From assembly GCA_964247055.1 (NCBI GenBank), contig OZ176060.1, positions 620,001-684,000 on the forward strand: a DNA stretch of 64,000 nucleotides. The letters are read 5' to 3'. Position numbers and translations under genes: made by a program. This stretch comes from Paragordius varius. Its lineage: Eukaryota; Animalia; Nematomorpha. This document shows, one piece after another, positions 50,001 to 63,835 of the stretch (positions are counted from its first letter, which is position 1; every line of letters begins with the position of its first letter). The notes below the pieces were generated by a model that saw only the letters and a program-made list of their open reading frames with translations, searched no databases and had not been told where the DNA came from.

Positions 50001-50640
50001 AGCAACATTGTTGTCTGTGAATTGATTAAATTTCGATTTTAAAAAGTAAAAAAAAATATTTAATCATTTATTAATATGCACCTATAAGAGGGTAATTAAC
50101 CCTTATTTTTAAAATAATATATAAAATAAAATAAAAAAATGTAAAATTAATAAAATATAGATATTAAAAGTGAGGTTTTTAAAAAATAATGAAAATAAAG
50201 TTTTAATAAAAATGTAAAATTTATAAATTAATATATATAAAAAAAATTAAAATAATATATAAAATAAAAAAAAATGTAAAATTAAAATATAACTTTAGAA
50301 ATGAAAATATATTTAAAAAATTAAAATAATATATAAAATAAAATAAAAAAATGTGAAATTAATAAAATTTATAAATTAATATATATAAAAAAAATTAAAA
50401 TAATATATAAAAAAAAATAAAATTAAAATATAACTTCAGAAATTAAAATATATATATAAAAAATTAAAATAATATATAAAATAAAATAAAAAAGTGTAAA
50501 ATTAATTAAAATAATATATAAATTTAAATATATATAGAAAATTAAAATAATATATAAAATAAAATTAAAAAAAATGTAAAATTAATAAAATTTATAAATA
50601 TATATATATAAAAAATGAGGTTTTTAAAAAATAAAAATAT
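47040..50640. repeat. Modular composite repeat, block 1 (shuffled palindromic modules)
   Basis: Recurrent modules atgtcacctataagagggtaattaacccct, tgcctcgtggatgattatttcaaatcagctgat, gcaacattgttgtctg, aatgacattgcaattattttacaac and gggtataattataccc. Confidence 0.85.
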
Positions 50641-50689
50641 TTGGTTTTTAAATAATAAAAATATTGAAAAGACCATAAAATTTCAACAA

Positions 50690-52200
50690 AATAAATTTTA
50701 CAAATTTTATCTTTTTATACATTGTTTCATGAATTTAAATTAATTTGAAACAATTATTTTAAAACTATATATATATATATATATATATTGTTTAAATATA
50801 TATTATTATTTTTTTGAATAAAAAAAATATAATTATATTAATTCGATATAAAAATAAATAAAATTTAAATTAAATAATTAAATTTTATAAATTTTATCTT
50901 TTTATACATTGTTTCAAGAATTAAATTAAAATAAATTAAAATTATATATATATATATATATATATTGTTTAATTATATTTTATATTTTATTATTTTTTTG
51001 AAAAAAAAAACTTAAATATATTAATTCGATATAAAAATAAATAAAATTTAAATTAAATAATTAAATTTTATAAATTTTATCTTTTTATACATTGTTTCAA
51101 GAATTAAATTAAAACAATTATTTTGAAAATATTTTTATATTATATTTTATATTTTATTATTTTTTTGTAATAAAAAAAAACTTAAATATATTAAAAAATA
51201 AATAAAATAATTAAATTTTAATTAAATTTTATAAATTATCTTTTTATACATTGTTTCAAGAATAATTAAATTAAATTGAACAATTATTTTAAAACTATAT
51301 ATATATATATATATTCTTTAATTATATTTTATATTTTATTATTTTTTTGAATAAAAAAAAACTTAAATATATTAATTCGATATAAAAATAAATAAATTAT
51401 TAAATATTTAAATAATTTTAAAATAAATTTCATCTTTTTATACTTTGTTTCATGAATTAATTAAATTAAATTAAACAATTATTTTAAAATTATATATATA
51501 TTATTTAATTATATTTTATATTTTATTATATTTTATATTTTATTATTTTGAACAAATAAAATAATAAACTTAAATATATTAATTCGATTATAAAAATAAA
51601 TAAATTATTAAATATTTAAATAATTTTAATTAAATTTCATCTTTTTATACATTGTTTCAAGAATAATTAAAATAAATTGAAACAATTATTTTTGAATTAT
51701 ATATATATATTATTTAATTATATTTTATTATTTTTTTGAATAAAAAAAACTTAAATATATTAATTCGATATAAAAATAAATAAATTATAAAATATTTAAA
51801 TAATTTTAAATTAAAATTCATCTTTTTATACATTGTTTCAAGAATAATTAAATTAATTGAAATAATTATTTAAAAATATAATATATTTTTATATTTATTT
51901 TTGAAAAAAAAAATTAAATATATTAATTCGATATAAAAACAAATAAAATTTAAATATTTTAATTAAATTTTATAAATTTTATCTTTTTATACATTGTTTC
52001 ATGAATTAAATTAAATTATTTCAAAATTATATATATATATATATATATATATTATTTAATTATATTTTATTATTTTTGAATATAAAATAATAAACTTAAA
52101 TATATTAATTCGATATAAAAATAAATAAAATAATTAAATATTTTAATTAAATTTTATAAATTTTATCTTTTTATACATTGTTTCATGAATTAAATAAATT
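50690..52200. repeat. Tandem repeat, about 170-200-bp unit, about 9 copies
   Basis: Recurrent tttttatacattgtttca(a/t)gaatt...(ta)n...tattaattcgatataaaaataaataaa. Confidence 0.85.
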
Positions 52201-52229
52201 AAATTGTACAAATATTTTTATCAAAAGAC

Positions 52230-52499
52230 AAAACCCCATAAAACCTTATATATTTAAGAATTAAATTGTTTAATCAGCTGATCTGCAAAAAATTATTTGA
52301 TTTTAAACCTATATGTATATATATATACAGTAAAAATTGAAATTATATACGGACAAAACGTGTAAAAATATAAAGACAAATATATTTTTTTCTATAAAAC
52401 TATTTAAACGTTAATTAATTTTAGAATAAAACTGATTAATCAGCTGATATGAAAAAAATAATAAATTTTAAACTTATATATATATATATATATATATAT

Positions 52500-52535
<36 letters not shown>

Positions 52536-52849
52536 TAAAAACTGAAATTATATACGGACAAAACGTGACAATATAAAGACAATTTTTTATTTTTTAAAAG
52601 AAAACCCCATAAAACCTTATTAATTTTAAAATAAAACTGATTAATCAGCTGATCTGCAAAATATCATTTTATATTCTAAACCTATATATATACAGTAAAA
52701 TTTAAATTATACTATAGACAAAACGTGTAAAAATATAAAGACAAATATTTTTTCTAAAAAACAAACAACCCTTTATTTTTAAGTAAAATCTTAATTTTTT
52801 TATATTTAAAACTGATTAATCAGGTGATCTGCAAAAAAAATTAAATTAA

Positions 52850-52888
<39 letters not shown>

Positions 52889-53559
52889 AAAATTAAAATT
52901 ATATACAGTAAAAACTGAAAATATATAAAGACAAATAATTTATTTAAAAAAACTCATAAAAGCCTTATTTTTTAAAATAAAATTGATTTATCAACTGATC
53001 TGCAAAAAATAATTTCATTTTTAACTTATATATATATATATATATATATACAGTAAAAATTAAAAAATTAATATGGACAAAACTTGTAAAAATATATAAA
53101 GACTAATATTTTTCCTAAAATAAACATATTTTTTAGAAAATTTTGTTTTTTTTAAAAATATAATTGATTATCAGCTGATCTGGAGAAATTATTTTATTTT
53201 AAACCTATATATATATATATATATATTTATATATAACAGTAAAAATTGAAATTATATACTATGGACAAAACTTGTAAAAATATATAAAGACAAATATTTT
53301 TTTTAAAACATTAAACCTTATTAATTTTATTAAAACTGATAAATCAGCTGATCTGCAAAAAATATTTGATTTTAAACCTTTATATATATTTATTTATACA
53401 GTAAAAATTCAAATTTTTAGTAAAAAAACGTGTAAAAATATATAAAGACAAATATTTATTTTTAAAAAGACAACCAACTCCATACTTTTTAGGTAAATTT
53501 TTGATTTATTTCTTAAAATTAAAACTGATTAATCAGCTGATCTGCAAAAAAATCATTTC

Positions 53560-53608
<49 letters not shown>

Positions 53609-53741
53609 TAAAAATTAAAATTATATACGGACAAAATGTGTAAAAATATATAAAGACAATTTTATTATTCAAAAAACCCCATAAAACCTTATTAATTTTA
53701 GAATAAAAGTGTTTAATCAGCTGATCTGCAAAAAAACATTT

Positions 53742-53777
<36 letters not shown>

Positions 53778-53917
53778 AAACTGAAATTATATACAGTAAA
53801 AACCAAAAATATATAGACATATATTTTTTTCTAAAATAAAACATATTTTTAAGAAAATTTTGTTTTTTTTAAATAAAACTGATTAATCAGCTGATCTGCA
53901 AAAAATTTTTAATTTTA

Positions 53918-53956
<39 letters not shown>

Positions 53957-54627
53957 TAAAAATTATAATTATATACGGATAAAACGTGTAAAAATATAAA
54001 GACAAATATTTTTTTCTAAAATAAAACATATTTTTTAGAAAATTTTGTTTTTTTTAAAAATATAATTGATTAATCAGCTGATCTGAAAAAAAAATATTAA
54101 ATTTTGAACCTTTATATATATATTTATATATACAGTAAAAATTGAAATTTTATACTACGGACAAAACTTGTAAAAATATATAAAGACAAATATTTTTATC
54201 AAAAGACAAAACCCCATAAAACCTCATTAATTTTAAAATAAAACTGATTAATCAGCTGATCTGCAAAAAATTATTTGATTTAAACTTTTATATAACAGTA
54301 AAAATTAACATTATACGCAAAAAACGTGTAAAAATATATAAAGACAATTTTTCTTTGAAAGACAACCAACCCCATACTTTTTAGGAAAATTATGATTTTT
54401 TTCTTAAAACTAAAACTGATTAATCAGCTGATCTGCAAAATATTATTTGATTTTAAACCTATATAATATATATATAATATATATATATACAGTAAAAACT
54501 TAAAATATATAAAGACAAATATTTTTATCAAAAGACAAAACCCCATAAAACCTTATTAGTTTAAAATTAAAACTGATTAATCAGCTGATCTTAAAAAAAT
54601 TATTTGATTTTAAATCTATAATATAAA

Positions 54628-54664
<37 letters not shown>

Positions 54665-55304
54665 AAAACTGAAATTATATACGGACAAAACGTGACAATA
54701 TAAAGACAAATATTTTTTCTAAAAAGACAACCCTTTACTATTTAAGTAAAATCTTAATTTTTTTATATTTAAAACTAATTAATCAGCTGATCTGCAATAA
54801 ATTATTTTATTCTAAACTATATATATAGTAAAAATTCCATACTATGAAAACGTGTAAAAATATATAAATAACAATTTTATTATTCAAAAAACCCACATAA
54901 AACCTTATTAATTTTAAAATAAAACTGATTAATCAGCTGATAGGCAAAAAAATATAAATAAACACATATATATAAATATATATTATATATATATATATAC
55001 AATAAAAATTGAAATTATACGCAAAAAACGTGTAAAAATATAAAGACAAATATTTTTATCTAAAAAGACAAAACCCCATAAAACCTTATTAATTTTAAAA
55101 TAAAACTGATTAATCAGCTGATATGCAAAAAAAACTTTTATTCTAAACCCCTATATATATAGTTAAATTGAAATTATATACGGACAATACGTTTAAAAAT
55201 ATAAAGACAAATATTTATTTCTAAAAAGACAACCCCATAAAACCTTATTAATTTTAGAATAAAACTGATTAATCAGCTGATCTGCAAAAAATATAAAATT
55301 TTAA

Positions 55305-55335
<31 letters not shown>

Positions 55336-55950
55336 CAGTAAAAATTGAAATTATATAAATGTTAAAATATAAAGACAATTTTTTTTCTAAAAAGACAACC
55401 CTTTACTATTTAAACCTTAAAATTTTTAAAAAAAACTGATTGATCAGCTGATATGCAAAAAAATATTTGATTTTAAACCTATATATATATATTATATATA
55501 TATATATATATATAAATATACAGTAAAAATTAAAATTATATACGGACAAAACGTATAAAAATATATAAAGACAAATAATTTTTTTATCAAAAAAACAACC
55601 CTTTATTTTTTAAGTAAAATCTTAATTTTTTATATTTAAAACTGATTAATCAGCTGATCTGCAAAAAAACATTTGATTTTAAACCTATATATATATATAT
55701 ATAAAGTAAAAATATAAAGACAAAATTTTTTTTTAAAAATATAAAGACAAATATTTTTTTCTAAAATAAAACATATTTTTAAGGAAATTATAATTTTTTT
55801 CTTAAAAACTAAAACTGATTAATCAGCTGATCTGCAATTGTTAATTTTATTCTAAACTATATATATATATATATATATATACAGAAAAATTGAAATTATA
55901 TACTGACAAAACGTGTAAAAATATAAAGACCAATATATTTTAATCTTTTA
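52230..55950 (+). repeat. Tandem array (about 21 units, about 180 bp) of MITE left ends alternating with an ATCAGCTGAT module
   Basis: Unit: aaaactgattaatcagctgatctgcaaaa...aaacc(ta)n|cagtaaaaattgaaattatatacggacaaaacgtg...aaagacaaatattt...aaaagacaac. The second half equals the left TIR of the MITEs at 15963, 21103 and 26260. Confidence 0.88.
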
Positions 55951-56849
55951 AAAAACAAATTTTTAGGGAAATTTTGTTTTTTTTTAAATAAAAAATAAAA
56001 TTTGAAAAAAATATTAGATTTTCATATCTCTTTTTAAAAAATATCATTTTATTAAACTTAATTAGCTGATTATAATATATTTTGTTTATATTTAAATATA
56101 ATTATTTTATATTTTTTAGATTGTAAAAAAAACAGTTTATAAAAAATAAAAATAAATATAACATTTCGATAAAAAAATATATATATTTTAAACAATTTAA
56201 AATTTAAAAAAAAGTTAAAGTTTAAAATTAATTTATTTAAATCAGCTGATTAAAATAATAAAATAAATTATATATAATACAATATAAACACATTATAAAT
56301 TTATTATTATAATTGCAACAATGTAATAATACAATGTATGGACAAGGTAAGCAATTATATCCAAATCAGCTGTTTTTCAAAAAAATATTTAATTTTTTAG
56401 TAAAATATTTTTAATTTTTACCAAAAATATATTTTTATAATTTTATTAATTTTTAATTTTTTGATAATTACATTTATTTAATTTAATTTATTTTCATTTT
56501 TATTAAATTTTAATTATTTGATAATTTGAAAATATTTTTAATTTAATACCAAAAAATAATCTTTCCATATTTTTATTATTTGAATTTTTCAAAAATTTAT
56601 TAATTTACCTTTTATAAATATTGTGAAAAATTATTAATATAAAAAAATTTTAGTTTTTTCAAAAATTTATTAATTTATTTTTTATTCAAATTTAAATAAT
56701 TAATATTAAAAAATTTTTTTAATTTTAAAAATGTTTAAAATATTTTTTTTAATATATCTTTAATTTTAAGATTCTAAAAAATATTTAAAAAAAATTATTT
56801 TTTAATTTTTTTTTAATTTTTATAAAAATATTTTTATTAAATAAATTGT

Positions 56850-56970
56850 TTCAAAACAATGTTGCAATAACAATGAGTAAAAGTAATGCAGAATCCAACA
56901 AAATTGTCGTCAGGTGATTGCGTGAATGAATGAATGAACCAGATGATTTCTTGGTTCCGCCCCCGTGAAC
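56850..56970. other. Unique GC-richer island (possible regulatory element or small exon)
   Basis: Contains ACAATGTTGC, CAGGTG, (TGAA)3, CAGATG and CCGCCCCC within an AT sea. A decayed partial copy lies at about 56312-56372. Confidence 0.4.
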
Positions 56971-56999
56971 AAAATAATAAAAATATTGAGGTTTTTTAA

Positions 57000-59900
57000 A
57001 TAAGAATAAATAATAAAGTTTTTTTAAATAATTAAAATATTGTTTTTTTAAATTAGAATAAATATTGAAGTTTTTTTAAATAAAAGATATATTAGAGTTT
57101 TTAATAATAAAAATATTGAAATTTTTTAAATAATTAAATAAATATTTGGTTTTTAAATAACGAAAATATTTGGTTTTTTAATAATTAAAATATTATTGTT
57201 TTATAAATAATGAAAATATTGAAGTTTTTATAAATAATTAAAATATTGGGTTTTTTAAATAATAAAAATATATTGGGGTTTTTTAATAATTAATTAAATA
57301 AAAAAAATATTGAAGTTTTTTAAAAAATTAAAATATTTGGTTTTTTAAATAACGAAAATATTGAGGTTTTTTGCTCAAAAAAAAGATTTTAAATTTCAAA
57401 TAATAAATCAATCAATAATATGTACTTTTTATAATGTTTATTAAATTTAACTGTAGATTATTATTTTAACTCCAATAAAAAAAGTATTTAATCATTTATT
57501 AATATATCACCTTTAAAAGGGTGATTTATTTCTATTTTTATAATTAAAAAATAAATAAAAAAATTAAAATATTTATATCAGAAATTACCCCACCTATAAA
57601 ATTTGGTTTTTATATAAATGAAAAAGCCTTAAAATTTTAATAAATCAATCAAAAGTTTACTTAAATTTTATAATATTTTACAAATTTTCTGGGTATAATT
57701 ATACCCTTTTTTAAATCAAATCTAAAATTTTAAAAATAAATCAAAATAATGTACCCTTTATAATGTGTTTTATAAATTTATATACCCTTTTTTAAATCAA
57801 ATCTTAAATTAAACCCCACCCCTCTAAAAATAAATCAATCAATAATGTACTTTTTATAATGTTTTAAAACAATGTATAACGCAACATTGTTGCCTCGTGG
57901 ATGAATATTTCATATCAGCTGATCAAATCTTAAATTAAATTGTAATAATAAATCAATAGTTACTTAATTTTAATAATATTTTACAACAATTTTTTCATAG
58001 ATTACTATATTTCAATTTCTAAAAGTAAAAAAAAGTATTTAATCATTTTTTAATATTATTTTATATTTTAAATTTATATATATATGCAAATGACATTGCA
58101 ATTATTTTACAACTTTATATATTTTCAAAATATTTTGAATCTCTTGAAATAATTTAATCTTAAAAATTTGAAAAAACAATTTTTAGTTTAACTTAGATAT
58201 ATAAACTACATTTTTACCAAATTATTTTTTAAAAGTTTAAATTTTAAAATTTTCAAAAAATAAATTTAATTTATTTATAATTTTGTTTTATATAAATTTT
58301 CCTCTAGATTACTATATTTCAATTTCAAAAAGTAAAAAAAAATTTAATCATTTATTAATATGTCACCTATAAGAAGGTAATTAACCCCTATTTTTAAAAT
58401 TAGAATAAATATTGAAGTTTTTATAAATAATAAAATATATAAGTTTTTCTAATAATTAAAATATTGTGGGTTTTTAAATTAAAATAAATATTGAAGTTTT
58501 TAGATAATAAAAATATTGAAGTTTTTTAAATAATAAAAAATATAAGTTTTTATAAATAATGAAAAAGCTAAAATTTTAACAAATCAATCAATAATGTACC
58601 CTTTTATAATATTTCACAAATTAACTGGGTATATTTATACTCTTTTTTAAATCAAATCTTAAATTTTACACCTGTAAAAATAAATCAATCAATAATGTAC
58701 TTTTTATAATATTTTATAAATTTATCGGGTAAAATTATACCCTTTTTTTAATTTCACCCCACTCCTTTAAAAATAAATCAATCAATAATGTACTTTTTAT
58801 AATGTTATTTTACAACAATGTTTATATTTTGCCTCGTGGATGATTATTTCGAATCAGCTGATTATTAAATCATAAATTTCAACAAATCAATCAATAAAAT
58901 GTACTTTTTATATCTTTTACAAATTTTCTGGGTAAAATTATACCCTTTTTTTAAATCAAATCTTAAATTCCATACCCCTGTAAAAATTAATCAATCAATC
59001 ATGAACCCTTTTATAATGTTGTTTTACAACAATGTTTATATATTGTGCCTCGTGGATGATTATTTCAAATCAGCTGATCATCAAATCTTAAATTTTTTTA
59101 ATAATGTTTTATAAATTTTTCCATAGATTACTAAATTTCGATTTTAAAAAGTAAAAAAAGTTTTTAATCATTTAATAATTTTTTTTTATATTTTAAATTT
59201 ATATATATATATAAATGACATTGCAATTATTTTACAACTATATATTTTCAAAATATTTTGAATCTCTTAAATTAAATAAATCTTAAAAAATTGAAAAAAC
59301 AATTTTTAGTTTAACTTAGATATATATATAAACTACATTTTTACCAAATTATTTTTTTTAAAACTATTTAAAATTATAAAATAAAAATTAAATTATATAA
59401 ATCAGCTGATTAAACAATGTTTTAGGCAACATTGTTGTCTGTAAATAATATTTCGATTTCAAAAAGTAAAAAAAAGTATTTAATCATATATTTTAAATTT
59501 ATTATTATATATATGCAGATGACATTGCAATTATTTTACAACTATATATTTTTAAAATATTTTGAATCATTTGAAATAATAATTCAATCTTAAAAATTTG
59601 AAATTTTTAGTTTAACTAAGATATATAAACTACATTTTTACCAAATTATTTTTTTTAAATCAGCTGATCAAATTCTAAATTTAAATAAATTAATCAATAA
59701 TGTACTTTTTATAATGTTTTAAGCAACATTGTTGTCTGTGAATAACTAAATTTCGATTTCAAAAAGTAAAAAAAATAAATTCAACTATTTATTAATATTA
59801 TTTTATATTTTAAATCTATATATATATATATACAAATGACATTGCAATTATTTTACAACTAATATTTAAAATATTTTGAATCTCTTGAAATAATTCAAAC

Positions 59901-62900
59901 TTAAAAATTTAAAAAAACAATTGTTTAGTTTAACTTAGATATATAAACTACATTTTTACCAAATTTTTTTTTTAAAAAAGAAAAAGACTTAAAATTTTAA
60001 AAAATCAATTAATAATTAACTTTTTATAACAATGTTTTAGGGCAACATTGTTGTCTGTGAATAATATTTTGATTTCAAAAAGTTAAAATTATTTAATTAT
60101 GTATTAATATGTCACCTATAAGAGGGTAATTTATTATTTTGAAATTAAGACTTCAGAATAAGGAAAAAATATATAAAAAATTAAAATAAATGTATATAAA
60201 ATAAAATAATTTATAAAATAAAATAAAAAAATGTAAAATTAATAAAATATAGATATTAAAATAATATATAAAATAAAAAATTAAAATAATATATAAAATA
60301 AAATATATATAAAAAATTAAAATATATATATAAAATAAAATAAAAAAATTAAAATAATATATAAAATAAAATAAAAAATGTAAAATTAACTTTAGAAATT
60401 ACCCCTTTCATATTAAAAATGAGGTTTTTAAAAAATAATGAAAATATTAACTTTAAATTCGAATAAATATTGAAGTTTTTTTAATAATTAAAATATTGAA
60501 GTTTTTTTAAATAATAAAAATATTAGGGTTTTTTAAATAATGAAAATATTGAGGTTTTTTGCTCAAAAAAGAAAAAGACCTAAAATTTCAAAAAATCAAT
60601 CAATTAATAATGTACTTTTTATAATGTTTTATACAACATTGTTGATTATTCTGACCTTTCAAATCAGCTGATCAAATCTAAAATTCAACAAATCAATCAA
60701 TCATAAATGTACCCTTATATAACAATATTTTTAAATTTAACGGGTAAAATTATACCCTTTTTTAAATCAAATCATAAATTCCTTACCCCTGGAAAAAAAT
60801 TTTAATCAATAATGTTCTTTTTATAATATTTTACAACAATGTTTATATATTGTGCCTCGTGGATTATTATTTCAAATCAGCTGATTATCAAATCTAAAAT
60901 TTTAAAAAATAAATTCAATAGTTTACTTAATTTTTAAATTTCAAAAAATAAATTAATCAATAATGTACTTTTTATAATGTTTTACGCAACATTGTTGTCT
61001 GTAAATAATAATATTTCGATTTTCAAAAAATAAAAAATAGTATTTAATCATTTATTAATCTTATTTTATATTTTAAATCTAAATTTATATATGTATGCAA
61101 ATGACATTGCAATTATTTTACAACTCTATATTTTCAAAATATTTTGAATCTCTTAAAATAATTTAATCTTAAAAATTTGAAATTATTTAGTTTAACTTAG
61201 ATATATAAATTACATTTTTACCAAATTATTTTTTTAATTAATAATAAAAAATATTCTAAAATTTCAATAAATCAATCAATAATATACTTTTTATAATGTT
61301 GTTTTAAAAATTTTTTCGTGAAAAACTAAATTTCGATTTCAAAAAGTAAAAATAGTATTTAATTATTTATTAATATTATTTAATTAAATTTATATATATA
61401 TATATATATATATTCAAATGACATTGCAATTATTTTACAACTATATATTTTTAAAATATTTTGAATTTCTTGAAATAATTTAATCTTAAAAATTTGAAAA
61501 ACAATTTTTAGTTTAACTTAGATATATAAACTACATTAAATTTTTTTTTAAATAATAAAAAGACTTTAAATTTCAAAAAATAAATTAATAAATAATGTAC
61601 TTTTAATAATGTTTTATACAAATTTATTGTCTGTAAATAATATTTTGATTTTCAAAAAATTAAAAAAGTATTTAATCATTTATTAATATGTCACCTATAA
61701 GAGGGTGATTTATTTCTAATTTTAAAATTAGGACTTCAGTAAATGAAAATATATATAAAAAATGAAAATAATATATAAAATAAAATAAAAAAATGTAAAA
61801 TTATTAAAATTTATAAATTAATATATATAAAAAAATTAAAATAATATATAAAATAAAAAAAAAATGTAAAGTCAATAAAATTTATAAATTAAAATATGTA
61901 CAAAAAAATGTAAAATTAAAATATATAAAAAATTAAAATAATATATAAAATAAAATAAAATAAAAAAATTAAAATAATATATAAAATAAAATAAAAAAAT
62001 GTAAAATTAATAAATTGTAGACCCCTTTGATATTAAAAATGAGGTTTTTAAATAATGAAAATATTAGAGTTTTTAAATTAGGAATAAATATTGAAGTTTT
62101 TAATTTAGAATAAATATTAGGGTTTTTTAAATATTGAAAATATTGGGTTTTTTACATAATGAAAATATTGAAGTTTTTATAAATAATTAAAATTTTGGGA
62201 TTTTTTATAATAAAAATATTGGGGTTTTTTGAAATAATGAAAAGGCTATAAAATTTCAACAAATCAATCAATAATGTACTTTTTATAATATTTTACAAAT
62301 TTGCTGGGTATAATTATACCCTTTTTTCAATCAAATCTTACATCCTTACCCCTTTAAAAATAAATTAATCAATAATGTACTTTTTTTAATGTTTAACAAA
62401 TGAATGTTTGTATATACCTCGTGGATTATTATTTCAAATCACCTGTTCAAATCAGCTGATTATATCTTAAATTTCAAAAATTAATCAATTAATGTACTTT
62501 TTATAATTTTGTTTTACAAATTTGCTGGGTATAATTATACCCTTTTTTAAGATCAAATCTAAAATTTCAAAAATTAATCAATTAATAATGTTCTTTAATG
62601 TTTTATAATGTTGTTTTACAACAATGTTTATATATTGTGCCTCGTGGATTATTATTTCAAATCAGCTGATTAAAAACATTTATAAATACCCCTGTGAAAT
62701 AAAATAAATGTACTTTTAATAATGTACTTTTTATAATGTTTTAAGCAACATTGTTGTCTGTGAATAACTAAATTTCGATTTTCAAAAAGTAAAAAAAGTA
62801 TTTAATCATTTATTAATATTATTTTATATTTTAAATCTAAATTTATTATTATATATATGTATGCAAATGACATTGCAATTATTTTACAACTATATATTTT

Positions 62901-63400
62901 TTCAAAATATTTTGAATCTCTTGAAATAATTAAATCTTAAAATTTTGAAAAAACAATTTTTAGTTTAACTAAGATATATAAACTACATTTTTACCAAATT
63001 ATTGTTTTTAAATAATAAAAAGGCCTTAAAATTTCAACAAACTGTATTTATAATTTTGTTTTATACAAATTTTCCTATAAATTACTATATTTTAATTTTA
63101 AATTTTAAAATTATTTAATCATTTATTAATATGTCACCTATAAAAGGGTAATTAACCCCTATTTTTAAGATTAATTTCAGAATAATTAAAATATATATAT
63201 AAATTAAAATAATATATAAAATAAAATAAAAAAATGTAAAATTAATAAAATTAAATTAAAAAATTAAAATATTTATAAAAAAATAAAATAATATATAAAA
63301 TAAAATATAGACCCCTTTAATATTAAAATTGAGGTTTTTAAATAATAAAATATTGGCGTTATTTAAATAATAAAATATTGGCGTTTTTTAAATAATAAAA
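57000..63400. repeat. Modular composite repeat, block 2 (same modules as 47040-50640)
   Basis: Same modules as block 1, in varying order and spacing. Confidence 0.85.
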
Positions 63401-63459
63401 ATTTAGAATTAATAAATAATTAAAATATTGGGATTTTTAAATAAAAAAAATAAATATAT

Positions 63460-63575
63460 AAATTCGATTATAAAAATAAATAAAATTATTAAATATTTAA
63501 ATAATTTTAATTAAATTTCATCTTTTTATACATTGTTTCATGAATTAATTAAATTAAATTGTACAATTATATTAA

Positions 63576-63613
<38 letters not shown>

Positions 63614-63777
63614 TAATTATATTTTATATTTTATTATTTTTTTTGAAAAAAAAAAACTTAAATATATTAATTCGATATAAAAATAAATAAAATTTAAATA
63701 TTTTAATAAAATTTTATATATTTTATCTTTTTATACATTGTTTTAAGAATAATTAAATTAATTGAAACAATTATTTT

Positions 63778-63835
<58 letters not shown>

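Noticed and set aside
56850-56990. Minus-strand GPI-signal-like terminal exon (FVHGGGTKKSSGS...ILLDSALLLLIVIATLF*)
   Set aside because: There is no plausible AG acceptor upstream for about 400 nt. It is kept only as an ambiguity in the island finding.
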